Source: Anaerolineae bacterium (lineage in GTDB: Bacteria > Chloroflexota > Anaerolineae > B4-G1 > SLSP01). From it: a stretch of 64,000 bases of DNA. A program made the position numbers and the translations under genes. The stretch lies in assembly GCA_034435555.1 (NCBI GenBank), contig DAOTXC010000195.1, positions 697-64,696 on the forward strand, in the 5' to 3' direction. The notes under the pieces are model-generated. The model was not told the DNA's origin, searched no databases, and saw only the letters and a list, made by a program, of their open reading frames with translations. Every line of letters starts with the position of its first letter. Within the stretch, counting starts at the first letter, position 1. This document shows positions 39,069 to 49,401 of this stretch, one piece after another.

Positions 39069-39428
39069 TCAAACCCGCGACATCACATTGATCGCCTGCG
39101 GCCCGCGATCCGTCATCTCCAACTCGTACCAGACTTCCGCGTGTTCTTGTGTCACCGCATCCACATCGCCTGTGATCCCTGTGCGATGGAAAAAGACCTC
39201 CGCGCCGCTCTGCTCGATGATGAAGCCAAAGCCCTTGCTCTGATCGTAGAATTTAACGATGCCCGGACGCAACCCCGGTTCGGGTTCGCTCTGCTGCCGA
39301 CATTTGGGGCAGCGACTTGGCGTGTTCACCTCAAACCCCAATTCTGCCTGGGTGCGTTGCTCCTCCACACGAAAGACAAACTTCTTGCCACATTGTTCAC
39401 AGACGTGATACTCATCTCGGTAGTTCAT
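39069..39428 (-). CDS. cold-shock-domain protein with an N-terminal C4 zinc ribbon
   Basis: CEQCGKKF...CPKCRQ zinc ribbon followed by a cold-shock domain (KFYDQSKGFGFI...VFFH). Confidence 0.8.
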   Translation of the reverse strand: MNYRDEYHVCEQCGKKFVFRVEEQRTQAELGFEVNTPSRCPKCRQQSEPEPGLRPGIVKFYDQSKGFGFIIEQSGAEVFFHRTGITGDVDAVTQEHAEVWYELEMTDRGPQAINVMSRV

Positions 39429-39535
39429 GTTTTAGTTTCTCCTTAAACCCACAAAAAAAGTTTACTTTAGCGCCTATCCAGAAATTGCCCTAGCCACACC
39501 CCAAGACGGGACTTGGAACGCTTTCGGATAGTTTG

Positions 39536-41965
39536 TTACTCTTCTGGACGTAACTGGGGGACCAACAGCCGCGCCACCAGGTCGCTGCCCTGCAAGGCGA
39601 TCAGACTGTCACCGTGGGTAGCCCGCCCCTGACTGGGCGCGACGCGCCCAGAGATCGTCTTGGCGTTCCCGCGCACGGTCGTCATCACGAAGGGATCGGT
39701 CGTGCGCAGACAGCCGATGCCGGCCAGCTGTTCCCCCCGCTCCAGTTTCGCAATTTGTACGCCTTTACCGCCCCGGCGCTGAGACGGAATCTCATCAAAG
39801 CCGGAACGCTTGCCAGCCCCCCGATCGGTCATAGTCAACAGCATCATCCGCAAATTGACCACCGTGGCCCCCACCACCTCATCCTTCTGTTCCAGGCGCA
39901 TCCCCGCCATTCCGCCGGCGCTTGCCCCGGTGGGCCGCACCTCGGCGACGGCAAACCGAATGCCCTGTCCGTGGGCCGACCCCAGCACGACCTCGTCCTC
40001 CTCCGTGACCCACAGGACTTCGCGCAGGGCGTCGCCAGCATCGAGGCGCACCGCCACAGCAGGCTCACGCCCCACCCCCGGCAGCTCCTCCGCCGCCATC
40101 CGTTTGACCTGGCCCTGCGCGGTGACGAAGAAGAGCGCGCCCGGCGGCGGCTCCGCTGGCAGCGCCAACGCCGTGATGACATTGCCGTTGTCCAATCGCG
40201 TCACCTGCGACCAGGGGCAGCCCTCCCCCTCCCACGCCTCACCTTCGGCGATCTGATGAACGGGCAACGCAACAGCCAGCCCTTCCTGCGTGAAGAGGTA
40301 GAGCGTGTCGCGGGTGGAGGCCGCCAACACCGCCAGAGGCGTCTGCTGAGGTCGCGAGGGGATGCGCGGCGGCTTCCCCTCATCCGGCTGCCGCCCCAGC
40401 CGTCCCTCGCGGGTGACGACCACCCAGGCCGGCTCGTCGGGGGTGAGCGCGCCCACCTCTACCGACTCGCCCTTCACCTCCAGCACGCGCGTGCGACGCG
40501 CATCCGCATAAGCGGCACGCACCGCCAGCAAATCCTCCCGAATCGCCGCCCGCTGTTTCTTGGGCGATTTGAGCAACGCCTCCAACGTCTTGATCGTTTG
40601 CTGGAGCTCCTTGTACTCATCCTGCAACTTGCGCCGTTCCAGCGCTGCCAGCCGCTTGAGCGGCATATCGAGAATCGCCTGGGCCTGCACCTCGCTCAGT
40701 TTCAGCTGCTTGCGCAAGTTGTTGCGCGCTGTCTCGACGGTGCGCGAGCGCCGGATGATGTCAATGACCGTGTCGAGATCGTCCAGGGCGATCAATAGCC
40801 CCTCGACGATATGCGCGCGCTGCCGCGCCCGTTCCAGCTCGTAGCGCGAGCGCCGCTGCAAGACCTCCAGGCGGTGTTCCAGGTAAACCGTGAGCGCCTT
40901 CTTGAGCGAGAGCGTGCGCGGTTCCCCATCCACAAGGGCCAGGAGGATCATGCTGAAGCGGCTCTCCAATGGCGTGTGCTGGTACAAGTCCTCTAGCACC
41001 TGATGGGTGTTGGCATTGCGGGTGAGATCAATCACCAGACGCATCCCCTGCCGATCCGACTCGTCGCGCAAATCGGCGATACCCTCGATCTTGCCGGAAC
41101 GCACCAGTTTGGCGATATTCTCAATCAGCGTGGTCTTATTGACCTGATAGGGGATTTCGGTGATGACGATGCGCTCGCGTCCGCCGCGGATCTCCTCGAT
41201 GTGGGCGCGGGCGCGCATCGTCACGCGGCCCCGCCCGGTAGCATAGGCTTTGCGGAGCACATCGTCGTCATCGGCGTCGTCGCGGCGATAGATCAGCCCC
41301 CCAGTGGGGAAGTCCGGCCCTTGCACGAACTGCATCAGATCTTCAATGCCGATCTCCTCCTGTTTGCTCCAATGATCCAGCAGGAAGACGCAAGCATCCA
41401 CCACCTCGCCCAAATTGTGGGGCGGGATGCTGGTTGACATCCCCACCGCAATACCCGAAGCGCCATTGACCAGCAGGTTGGGCACGCGCGCCGGTAGCAC
41501 CTCCGGTTCGCGCAGTGTGCCGTCGAAGTTGTCCGTCCAGTCAACCGTCTCCTTATCAATGTCGGTGAGCATCTCCAACGAGAACATGTGTATCCGCGCC
41601 TCGGTGTAGCGCATCGCCGCGGGAGAGTCCCCATCAATCGAGCCGAAGTTCCCCTGCCCATCCACCAACAGATAGCGCACCGAGAAGTCCTGCGCCATGC
41701 GCGCCATCGCTTCGTAGACAGCAGAATCGCCGTGAGGGTGATACTTGCCCAGTACCTCACCGACGATGCGGGCGGATTTTTTGTAAGCGGTGTTAGGGCG
41801 GATGCCCATATCGTACATCGCGTAGAGGATGCGCCGCTGTACCGGCTTGAGGCCATCGCGCGCATCCGGCAACGCCCGCGCAACAATGACGCTCATCGCG
41901 TAATCGAGGTAAGCACGCTTAACCTCAGTATTGATATCTATTTGGTGGACGACTCCAATTTCCAT
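39536..41965 (-). CDS. gyrA: DNA gyrase subunit A
   Basis: ATG at 41965 lies 5 nt after AGGAG. The N-terminus [30 protein letters not shown] is near-identical to the GyrA consensus, and the QRDR and catalytic Tyr region are present. Confidence 0.95.
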   Translation of the reverse strand: MEIGVVHQIDINTEVKRAYLDYAMSVIVARALPDARDGLKPVQRRILYAMYDMGIRPNTAYKKSARIVGEVLGKYHPHGDSAVYEAMARMAQDFSVRYLLVDGQGNFGSIDGDSPAAMRYTEARIHMFSLEMLTDIDKETVDWTDNFDGTLREPEVLPARVPNLLVNGASGIAVGMSTSIPPHNLGEVVDACVFLLDHWSKQEEIGIEDLMQFVQGPDFPTGGLIYRRDDADDDDVLRKAYATGRGRVTMRARAHIEEIRGGRERIVITEIPYQVNKTTLIENIAKLVRSGKIEGIADLRDESDRQGMRLVIDLTRNANTHQVLEDLYQHTPLESRFSMILLALVDGEPRTLSLKKALTVYLEHRLEVLQRRSRYELERARQRAHIVEGLLIALDDLDTVIDIIRRSRTVETARNNLRKQLKLSEVQAQAILDMPLKRLAALERRKLQDEYKELQQTIKTLEALLKSPKKQRAAIREDLLAVRAAYADARRTRVLEVKGESVEVGALTPDEPAWVVVTREGRLGRQPDEGKPPRIPSRPQQTPLAVLAASTRDTLYLFTQEGLAVALPVHQIAEGEAWEGEGCPWSQVTRLDNGNVITALALPAEPPPGALFFVTAQGQVKRMAAEELPGVGREPAVAVRLDAGDALREVLWVTEEDEVVLGSAHGQGIRFAVAEVRPTGASAGGMAGMRLEQKDEVVGATVVNLRMMLLTMTDRGAGKRSGFDEIPSQRRGGKGVQIAKLERGEQLAGIGCLRTTDPFVMTTVRGNAKTISGRVAPSQGRATHGDSLIALQGSDLVARLLVPQLRPEE

Positions 41966-42095
41966 TCGCACTCCTTCACGAAAACGTTACACTAACTATA
42001 AGGCAGGAACATCATTTTCGCAAGCGAGCGGTTAAAGTCCCCCACAGCACCGGGCTTCTGGTTGCCTTTTTGCGATTCGACATTACACTCAAGCC

Positions 42096-43376
42096 ATGAG
42101 TGCGATATCCAAACGGCTCAAACGGTGGCTCGGATGGGGCGGCCTGCTGGTGCTCCTGCTCTCTCTGATCGCCAGCGATCAGGCCCCCGCCCACACGCCC
42201 CGCACCGATCTACAGCTGCGCAGCACGCCCTACGCCTTCAACTTCGTCACCTGGGAGCTGGAGGCGACCCTCAACAAGCTGCTCTACGGGCTGCTCGCTC
42301 CACAGCGCTTCATGGATGATGAGATGCGCGCGCACTTCGTCCTGGCCTACCTGGACAGTGTTGCCGCAAGCCAGGCGCTCGACAGGGCTATCACCGCCGC
42401 CTACGTCAATCCAGAGATCGCCGATCCCGACGCCGAGACGCGGGCGCTCCAGGCGGAACTTGCCGCACTGCGGGCGCGCCTCGCGCGCGAGTCGCCCATC
42501 GCCGAGGCGATCCTCGAAGAGCAGCTCACGCAGATTTTGCGCGAAGGCGGCTTCGGCGTGTTGGGGCAGCTCTTCCCACCGTTGAGCGGGACCTTCACCC
42601 CGTTGCCGCAACTGCTCATCATCTCGCCACGCGATCATATCGAGCGCAGCTACCAACGCGCGCTGCTCCCAGGGCTGACCGCCGCGCAACAAGAGGCGCT
42701 CGAGGCCGCGCTCGAAGCACAAGACCCCACCATCTCTGCCTACGTCACCAACATCGGCGGACTTTCGGCCTATCCCGCCATGCTCCGGGAGAGCAGTGCC
42801 CTCGACTGGGTGGCAGAGGTGATGGCGCACGAGTGGGCGCATCACTATCTGATGGGCTATCCGCTGGGCTGGTACTACGACCGCGCCCCTGAGACGCGCA
42901 CCATCAACGAAACCAGCGCCTCGCTGCTGGGCGAATGGGCCGGGCAAGAGGCTGTGCTGACCTTCTACCGCCCCCTGCTGGCGCGCACCAAGGCCCTGCC
43001 CAACCCCCTGATCCGCCCCGAGGAGGATACCACCACCGCGCGTTTCGACTTCCGGGCGGAAATGCACCACACGCGCATCATCGTGGATGCGCTGCTGGAT
43101 GCCGGGCAGATCGAAAAAGCTGAGGCGTATATGGAGCTACAGCGACGTTACTTCGTCTCACAGGGCTACCGGATCCGCCGGCTCAACCAGGCCTACTTTG
43201 CCTTCCACGGTGCGTATGCCAGCCAGCCCGGCGGCGCTTCCGGCAGAGATGAGGTCGGGCCTGCCGTGCGGCGACTGTGGGGCTTGCTGGAAACGCCGCA
43301 GGAGTTCCTGCGCACCATCGCGGCCTTCACCACCCTTGATGCGGTACGGGCCGCCGAGGAAACGCTCGCGCCTTGA
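42096..43376 (+). CDS. membrane-anchored hypothetical protein with an HExxH zinc-metallopeptidase-like motif
   Basis: N-terminal TM/signal (GGLLVLLLSLIA) and a single HEWAHH motif followed by an aromatic-rich segment. No recognisable family. Confidence 0.45.
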   Translation: MSAISKRLKRWLGWGGLLVLLLSLIASDQAPAHTPRTDLQLRSTPYAFNFVTWELEATLNKLLYGLLAPQRFMDDEMRAHFVLAYLDSVAASQALDRAITAAYVNPEIADPDAETRALQAELAALRARLARESPIAEAILEEQLTQILREGGFGVLGQLFPPLSGTFTPLPQLLIISPRDHIERSYQRALLPGLTAAQQEALEAALEAQDPTISAYVTNIGGLSAYPAMLRESSALDWVAEVMAHEWAHHYLMGYPLGWYYDRAPETRTINETSASLLGEWAGQEAVLTFYRPLLARTKALPNPLIRPEEDTTTARFDFRAEMHHTRIIVDALLDAGQIEKAEAYMELQRRYFVSQGYRIRRLNQAYFAFHGAYASQPGGASGRDEVGPAVRRLWGLLETPQEFLRTIAAFTTLDAVRAAEETLAP

Positions 43377-43466
43377 GTGTCAAAATATCAAAACAATGGT
43401 AAACTATGAGAGGTGGGTTGAAAGTTCTATCCGAAATCCTACGGAACTAAGGTAAGAGCCGGAAAA

Positions 43467-46400
43467 ATGCGCTGCTCTGAATGTCAAAGTGAGAATCCTG
43501 AACAGGCTCTGCAATGTCAACATTGCGGAGCGCCCCTGCCTGATCCATACCAAGCCTTGACGCAGGCCCAGGAGTCTCTGGCGCGGCTCAGGCGCTTTGT
43601 GCCCGCTGTCATCGCGGAGGGGCTGCTGAAGGATCAGGAGCGTCTGCGCGGAGAGCGGCGCGAGGTCGCTGTGCTCTTCGCCGATGCCGTGGAGTTCACC
43701 CACCTCTCGGCCTCGCTCGACGCCGAATCGGCCTTCGAGCTCATCAACGATCTACTCAACCGCCTAGTCGCCTGCGTCCATCGCTACGATGGGCTGGTGG
43801 ACAAATTCACTGGCGATGGGCTGATGGCCGTCTTCGGCGCGCCCAACGCCCACGAAAACGATGCGGAGCTAGCAGTGCGAGCCGCGCTCGATATGCAGCA
43901 GGCGATGGCGGAATTCGCGCCCATCGCCCGCGCCAAACTGGGCGCACCGTTGCAGATACGCATCGGCATCCACAGCGGGCTAGCGATCGCCGGCATCCTC
44001 GGCGGGAAGGAACAGGCCGCCTACACGGTCATCGGCGAGACGGTCAATCTGGCTGCCCGACTCGAATCGCAAGCGCGACCGGGCAACGTTCTGGTCAGCG
44101 CCAGGGTGCATCAACAGACGCGGGCCTTCTTCAACTATCAATCCGTGGGGCAAGCATCCATCAAGGGCCTCGCGCAGCCGATGCAAATTTACGAGGCGCT
44201 CAGCAGCCGCTCCGATCCGCTTTCCGCGCGCGGGGTCGCCGGCGTTACCTCCATCCTGCTAGGGCGCAACACCGAGCTGCAACAACTGCAAAGCGTGCTC
44301 AACACCTTCTTGAACCGTCAAGAGGGGTGGTTCATCACCATCCGTGGCGAAGCGGGGATCGGCAAATCGCGGTTGGTGAGCGAGTGGCTGGCGCAGACGA
44401 CCCCGGACCAAATCACCGTCTGGCAGGGGCGCGGACTTCCCTACGCTCAGGGCGTTGGCTATGGCATCTTCCGCTCGCTGCTCCAGGATGCGATCAATGC
44501 TGCCCCGCCGGAGCAGCCCTGGGATGCACAGGTTTCCCCCGCCCTACGCCCGTTCCTACGGCTGATCCTGGAGCTGCCCCTCAGCGAGGAGGAAGAACGC
44601 AGTCTAGGCTATCTGGAACCGGAGCGGATCAAACAGCTCAGCGTGCTGGCGATACGAGAATGGATCCTGGCGGCGGCCCGCAAGCGTCCGCTGGTGCTCA
44701 TCTTTGACGACTTCCATTGGGCCGACGATCTCTCCGTTGCTGCGATGGAAATCCTCCACCAGCTGCCCCAAGAGGCCCAGGTTATCTTCTGCATCATCAC
44801 ACGCCCCCAGCCCCAAGCGTCGCCGGCCTTCTTGCCCCAGCCGCACATTCCCACCCCACAACGCACGCTGGCGATCGCACTCCAGCCCCTATCCCCCCCG
44901 CATAGTCGGGCATTATTGGCGCACATGGTCAACCTGGAAGGGCTGAGCGAGGCTGTGATCGAAACCATTCTCACTCACGCCGAAGGCAACCCCTTCTACA
45001 TTGAAGAATTTGTGCGCATGTTGATCGAAAAGGAGATGCTCCACCTGGAGGACACACAGTGGCAGGTCATCTCGCCGGTGGCGCTGCAAGCGATGGAGAT
45101 CCCCACCTCCCTGCGCAGCCTGATGATGGCCCGTGTGGATCGGCTGGCAGAGGATCAACGCGATGTATTGAGCTCCGCTGCCGTGATTGGGTTGCAGTTC
45201 GACGCAGGCTTGCTCGAAGAGGTAGAACGTCGCCTGCACGGCAGCACCAACACGCTGGCGATTCTCGAACGCCTGCACGAGTTGGGGCTGCTCGTGAAAC
45301 GTCCCGGCGCGGGCGAGGGAATCTACGCCTTCCGCCACATCATCACCCAAGAGACGATTTACAACAGTATGTTGCGCAGCCAACGCCCCGATCTACATCG
45401 CACCGTGGCGGAAGCCATCGAAACGCGCTACGCCGCCGAGCTCCACAATCAGGCCGAGATATTGGCGTTCCATTATGACCGCGCCTATGTGCGCGATCAG
45501 GCGCTGACCTACGCCATCCTCGCTGGAGATCGCGCACGCGCACGCTTCGCCAACCGCGAGGCCATCGAATATTACAGCCGCGCCCTGCAGCTCTCGCAGC
45601 ACCTCAGCCAGCGCCAGATCGAACGCTGGCAGGCCGTCGTCGGCCTGGGCGAGGTCTATCAGCACATCGGCGAATACGAGGAAGCAACCGCCTGTTATCA
45701 GGCCGGCATGGAGGAATGGAAAGCGCCCCCACCGGAAAAACAGGCGCAAGTCCTGCTGCGGCTGGGTCAGGTGTGGGACAAACGCGGCGACTTGGAGAAG
45801 GCAGAAAAGCGGCTGCGCGAAGGTGTGGATTTGATTGACACAGCGACGGAACCACAGCCTCAGATGCGCGCCCAATTCCTCTCGGAGCTGGGATGGATCA
45901 CCTTGCGGCGGGGCCAATTGACCGCAGCGCAGCAGCTCCTGGAAGAGGGGCTGGCTCTAGTGACAGAGACCCGCCATTACGATGTCCTCTCTTCGATCCT
46001 CAACCGGCTCGGCGCGATCTATTATCACCGCAGCGAATGGACAAAGGCCGCCGATTACGTCAAGCAGGCGCTCGAAATTCGGGAACAGTGGGGCGACATC
46101 GTGGGGATGGCCCGCTCCTACAACAACCTGGCGATTGTCAACAAATATGCCGGCGATTGGGATCAAGCCCTGCACAACTATCAACGCAGCCTGGAGCTGA
46201 TGAAGCAGATCGGCGAAATGGAGGGGTTGGCGCTCGCCTACACCAATCTAGGCGTGCTCTATACCGAGCGGGCAGAGTGGGAGAAGGCCGGGGAGACGCT
46301 TCAGCAAAGTCTAGCCATCACGCAACGCATCGCGCATCCCTACGAGCTGGCCCAGGCATACATGAATCTAGGGCGACTATACCTGCGCCGAGGCGATCAC

Positions 46401-46874
46401 GCCGAAGCCAAGCGCCATCTGGAAGCAGCGCGTCCTCTCTACGAGGAGGCCGGCGCCGGCGCCAATCTGAGCCTCAACGATGTGTACGAGCTTGAGGGCT
46501 ATCTGAGCATCGAGAAAGGCGATCCGGAAAGCGCGCAGCAGTGGTCACAACGCAGCTACGAGCTGCTGCACGACATCACCGACACCTCAGAGGATGCCAT
46601 CGAATGGGGGCGCTACCACCTGCTCAAGGGGCGGATCAGCTACACGGCAGGGGATTTGACCACGGCGCGAGAACACTACGAGCGCAGCCTGGCGCACTTC
46701 GAGAATAAGGGAATCACCATTGAGCTGGGACGCGCAGCCTACGCACTCGCCCAGCTGCATCTGGACGAAGACAACCCGGTCGCCGCAGACCCCTTCCTCC
46801 AGACTGCCCTGAAGGTCTTCGAGCAATTGGGCGCGCGCCACGATCTCGAACTGGCGCGGCAGCTCCAGCCATAG
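43467..46874 (+). CDS. multidomain signalling protein: N-terminal zinc ribbon, class III adenylyl/guanylyl cyclase domain, AAA/NB-ARC-like ATPase, C-terminal TPR array
   Basis: CSECQ...CQHCG zinc ribbon. Cyclase motifs VAVLFADAVEFT and FTGDGLMAVFGAP. A P-loop GEAGIGKSRL. Long TPR-like repeats with AYNNLA/AYTNLG patterns. Confidence 0.8.
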   Translation: MRCSECQSENPEQALQCQHCGAPLPDPYQALTQAQESLARLRRFVPAVIAEGLLKDQERLRGERREVAVLFADAVEFTHLSASLDAESAFELINDLLNRLVACVHRYDGLVDKFTGDGLMAVFGAPNAHENDAELAVRAALDMQQAMAEFAPIARAKLGAPLQIRIGIHSGLAIAGILGGKEQAAYTVIGETVNLAARLESQARPGNVLVSARVHQQTRAFFNYQSVGQASIKGLAQPMQIYEALSSRSDPLSARGVAGVTSILLGRNTELQQLQSVLNTFLNRQEGWFITIRGEAGIGKSRLVSEWLAQTTPDQITVWQGRGLPYAQGVGYGIFRSLLQDAINAAPPEQPWDAQVSPALRPFLRLILELPLSEEEERSLGYLEPERIKQLSVLAIREWILAAARKRPLVLIFDDFHWADDLSVAAMEILHQLPQEAQVIFCIITRPQPQASPAFLPQPHIPTPQRTLAIALQPLSPPHSRALLAHMVNLEGLSEAVIETILTHAEGNPFYIEEFVRMLIEKEMLHLEDTQWQVISPVALQAMEIPTSLRSLMMARVDRLAEDQRDVLSSAAVIGLQFDAGLLEEVERRLHGSTNTLAILERLHELGLLVKRPGAGEGIYAFRHIITQETIYNSMLRSQRPDLHRTVAEAIETRYAAELHNQAEILAFHYDRAYVRDQALTYAILAGDRARARFANREAIEYYSRALQLSQHLSQRQIERWQAVVGLGEVYQHIGEYEEATACYQAGMEEWKAPPPEKQAQVLLRLGQVWDKRGDLEKAEKRLREGVDLIDTATEPQPQMRAQFLSELGWITLRRGQLTAAQQLLEEGLALVTETRHYDVLSSILNRLGAIYYHRSEWTKAADYVKQALEIREQWGDIVGMARSYNNLAIVNKYAGDWDQALHNYQRSLELMKQIGEMEGLALAYTNLGVLYTERAEWEKAGETLQQSLAITQRIAHPYELAQAYMNLGRLYLRRGDHAEAKRHLEAARPLYEEAGAGANLSLNDVYELEGYLSIEKGDPESAQQWSQRSYELLHDITDTSEDAIEWGRYHLLKGRISYTAGDLTTAREHYERSLAHFENKGITIELGRAAYALAQLHLDEDNPVAADPFLQTALKVFEQLGARHDLELARQLQP

Positions 46875-46943
46875 CCACCGGTTCCACCACGAAAAAACAG
46901 GGGGAGTCGCGTGACTCCCCCTGTTGATTTACCAGTCAGGGAC

Positions 46944-49169
46944 TTAATCCCCGCCGACCCACATATTCTGGAAGATGTAGCCGGCCCAACTCTCCGGGCC
47001 GCCCGCCCAGCTTTCAGGGCCACCGGCCCAACTCTCCGGGCCGCCCGCCCAACTCTCCGGGCCGCTTACCCAGCTGCCGTACCACTGAATCCAGGTCTGG
47101 AACCAGGCGTACCACCCGGCCCAACTTTCCGGGCCACCCGCCCAACTTTCGGGGCCGCCTGCCCAACTTTCGGGGCCACCGGCCCAGCTTTCGGGGCCAC
47201 CGGCCCAACTTTCGGGGCCGCCTGCCCAACTTTCGGGGCCGCCCGCCCAACTCTCCGGGCCACCGGCCCAACTTTCGGGGCCACCCGCCCAGGTCATGTA
47301 CCAGGCGTACCAGCTCTGGAACCAGGCATACCAGCCGGCCCAACTTTCGGGGCCACCGGCCCAGCTTTCAGGGCCGCCCGCCCAACTCTCCGGGCCACCG
47401 GCCCAGCTTTCAGGGCCACCCGCCCAGCTCTCCGGGCCATTGACCCAGAGCATGTACCAGCCAGCCCAACTTTCGGGGCCGCCCGCCCAACTCTCCGGGC
47501 CATTTGCCCATGTGGTGTAGCTACCGGCCCAGCTTTCGGGGCCACCGGCCCAACTCTCCGGGCCACCGGCCCAGCTTTCGGGGCCGCCCGCCCAACTCTC
47601 CGGGCCATCCGCCCAACTGAGGAAGTCGCCGCCCCAGTTACCGGCCCAACTTTCAGGGCCGCCCGCCCAACTCTCCGGGCCACCGGCCCAGCTGCTATAG
47701 CCACCGGCCCAACTCTCAGGCCCCAACCCACGGAGCAGAAACTCGCCCGTCTCAGAATCGTAGGTCGTCCAGCCCCAGTAATGCTCGACGCCCGACATAT
47801 CCAGGACAATATCGAGGCCGACGTTAGCGACGCCTTCGATGTCCGCGTAGACGGCATCGGGCGCCCAGACACGGCCCGCGCCCTGCTGCCAGATGCTGTA
47901 GGCGGCCAGGCCGGTCTCTTCATCGAACTGCGGCCGCGCCGTTACCATCAAGCGATACTTGATCTCATCCGGGGTGAGCGTGGGGTCTTCGCTGAGCATC
48001 AGCGCCACAATGCCCGACACAACTGCCGAGGACGATGAGGTTCCGGCCATTCGGAAGTAATACGCCGGCAGCCGGTAGTCCGGGTGCTCCTGGCTCAAGA
48101 CGGTGCTCTCGCGCATCAGTGAGACCATGTGCGCCCCCGGCGCGATCACGTCCGGCTTGACGAAAGCCTCGTAGGTGGGGCCAGTAGCGGAGAACGGCGC
48201 CAGATAGTCATCGCCAAAATCGTTGGGGGTGTAGTTGTCGGTGAAGGCCCCCACAGTGATGATGTAGGGATTGTTGCCCGGCACGCCCACGGTCATTGGA
48301 TCGGGGCCGGCATTGCCGGCGCTCGCCACCACCGTGATGCCCGAATACCAGGCCGCCATCATCGAAAGGTTGAGCGGATCCGCCCAGTAGGGTGAGAACG
48401 GGGGCGAGTAGATGGAGGCATTCAACACGCGGATGTTGTACTCCTCTTGATTTAGCACGGCCCACTCGATGCCTCGCAGCACGTCAGCGTAAGTGCCCAC
48501 CCCGTCTTCATTCAGCACCCGAATCGCCACCAGATTGACGCCAGGCGCTACACCCTTGTAATCCCCATTAGGTCTCTGATAATCGCTATTGGCGATAATG
48601 CCAGCGACGTGGGTGCCATGCCCGGAGGGATCGCGCGGCGACTGATTCAGCCTGTTGCCGGTGTAAAGCTCATCCTCAATGGCGTCGTAATAGGCGAGGA
48701 AGCGAATGTTGTTAGCCGGATCGCGACGCAGATAGTTCAAGGTGGGGTCAATACCGGTGTCCAGCACCGCGACCGTGACTCCCTGGCCGATGTTACCGGC
48801 GTCCCAGACCTCCTGTGCACCGATGACACGGACAAAGTCCACCTCAGTCTCTACACCGCTGCGCTCAACCGCCCGGTCAAGTGTGATGTTCAACACGCCT
48901 GCCTGATGGGAGAGTTGCGCCAGTTGCGCCTCTGAGACCGTGGCAACGACAGCGTTGATGATGCTAATATCGTAGGCCACCGCGCCCTGTACCGCCTGAA
49001 CCGCGTCAGCCGCTGCCTCGATACTTGTGCCCTGCACAATCACCTGCACAGAGGTAACCCTGGACTGTGCGGGGAAAGCGCCTGCTAATGCCGTGAGGAG
49101 TAGGGAGAAGACGATCAACAAACTGATTGACTTGGCTTTCATGATCCACCTCGCTTTAATTACGCTCAT
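46944..49169 (-). CDS. secreted subtilisin-like serine protease (S8) with a C-terminal tail of tandem GGPESWA heptad repeats
   Basis: Signal peptide, then the catalytic triad motifs VAVLDTGI, HGTHVAG and GTSSSSAVVSG. These are followed by a roughly 260-aa low-complexity repeat region. Confidence 0.9.
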   Translation of the reverse strand: MSVIKARWIMKAKSISLLIVFSLLLTALAGAFPAQSRVTSVQVIVQGTSIEAAADAVQAVQGAVAYDISIINAVVATVSEAQLAQLSHQAGVLNITLDRAVERSGVETEVDFVRVIGAQEVWDAGNIGQGVTVAVLDTGIDPTLNYLRRDPANNIRFLAYYDAIEDELYTGNRLNQSPRDPSGHGTHVAGIIANSDYQRPNGDYKGVAPGVNLVAIRVLNEDGVGTYADVLRGIEWAVLNQEEYNIRVLNASIYSPPFSPYWADPLNLSMMAAWYSGITVVASAGNAGPDPMTVGVPGNNPYIITVGAFTDNYTPNDFGDDYLAPFSATGPTYEAFVKPDVIAPGAHMVSLMRESTVLSQEHPDYRLPAYYFRMAGTSSSSAVVSGIVALMLSEDPTLTPDEIKYRLMVTARPQFDEETGLAAYSIWQQGAGRVWAPDAVYADIEGVANVGLDIVLDMSGVEHYWGWTTYDSETGEFLLRGLGPESWAGGYSSWAGGPESWAGGPESWAGNWGGDFLSWADGPESWAGGPESWAGGPESWAGGPESWAGSYTTWANGPESWAGGPESWAGWYMLWVNGPESWAGGPESWAGGPESWAGGPESWAGGPESWAGWYAWFQSWYAWYMTWAGGPESWAGGPESWAGGPESWAGGPESWAGGPESWAGGPESWAGGPESWAGGPESWAGWYAWFQTWIQWYGSWVSGPESWAGGPESWAGGPESWAGGPESWAGYIFQNMWVGGD
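46980..47745 (-). repeat. tandem 21-nt coding repeats (about 37 units, consensus GGCCCGGAGAGTTGGGCNGGNGGC) encoding (GGPESWA)n, interrupted by WYAWFQ(S/T)W linkers
   Basis: Near-identical 21-mers are visible directly in the DNA. They yield mirror-image spurious ORFs on both strands (46911..48038 +, 47294..47923 -). Confidence 0.9.
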
Positions 49170-49245
49170 CGAAAGATAGAAACACTAATGGGAGGGAAGT
49201 TAGATTCCCTCTTACCTAATTCTAACATTATTCAAACTCTATGGC

Positions 49246-49265
49246 AATAGTACTTAAGTACTATT
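49246..49265. promoter_or_regulatory. perfect 20-bp palindrome AATAGTACTTAAGTACTATT in the AT-rich region upstream of the S8 protease gene (candidate operator)
   Basis: The sequence is its own reverse complement. It lies about 80-95 nt upstream of the protease start at 49169, in the only AT-rich stretch of the neighbourhood. Confidence 0.35.
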
Positions 49266-49313
49266 TTTCATTGGAGTGCTTGGATTTTTCCTGATGAGAA
49301 TTGTCCTGCTTGT

Positions 49314-49357
49314 ACCAACAAAATCCCGCCCACGGGCTTGTAAACCCGTGGGCGGGA
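49314..49357 (-). terminator. intrinsic terminator after the HhH membrane-protein gene
   Basis: 13-bp perfect stem TCCCGCCCACGGG-cttgtaaa-CCCGTGGGCGGGA, followed on the minus strand by ATTTTGTT. Confidence 0.6.
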
Positions 49358-49401
49358 ACCTGTGGTCAATGTTTCCAAGACCACACCTTACACAACTAAA
49401 A

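Noticed and set aside
46980-47745. Possible CRISPR array, given the very regular short repeats
   Set aside because: The units are contiguous 21-mers with no spacers, they lie inside a protease reading frame, and no cas genes are present.
46911-48038. 375-aa plus-strand ORF with a PTLRAARP/GPTFGAT repeat, and the minus-strand ORF 47294..47923
   Set aside because: These are mirror or alternate-frame translations of the 21-nt GGPESWA repeat array of the S8 protease. The protease frame is the only one with flanking catalytic-domain homology.
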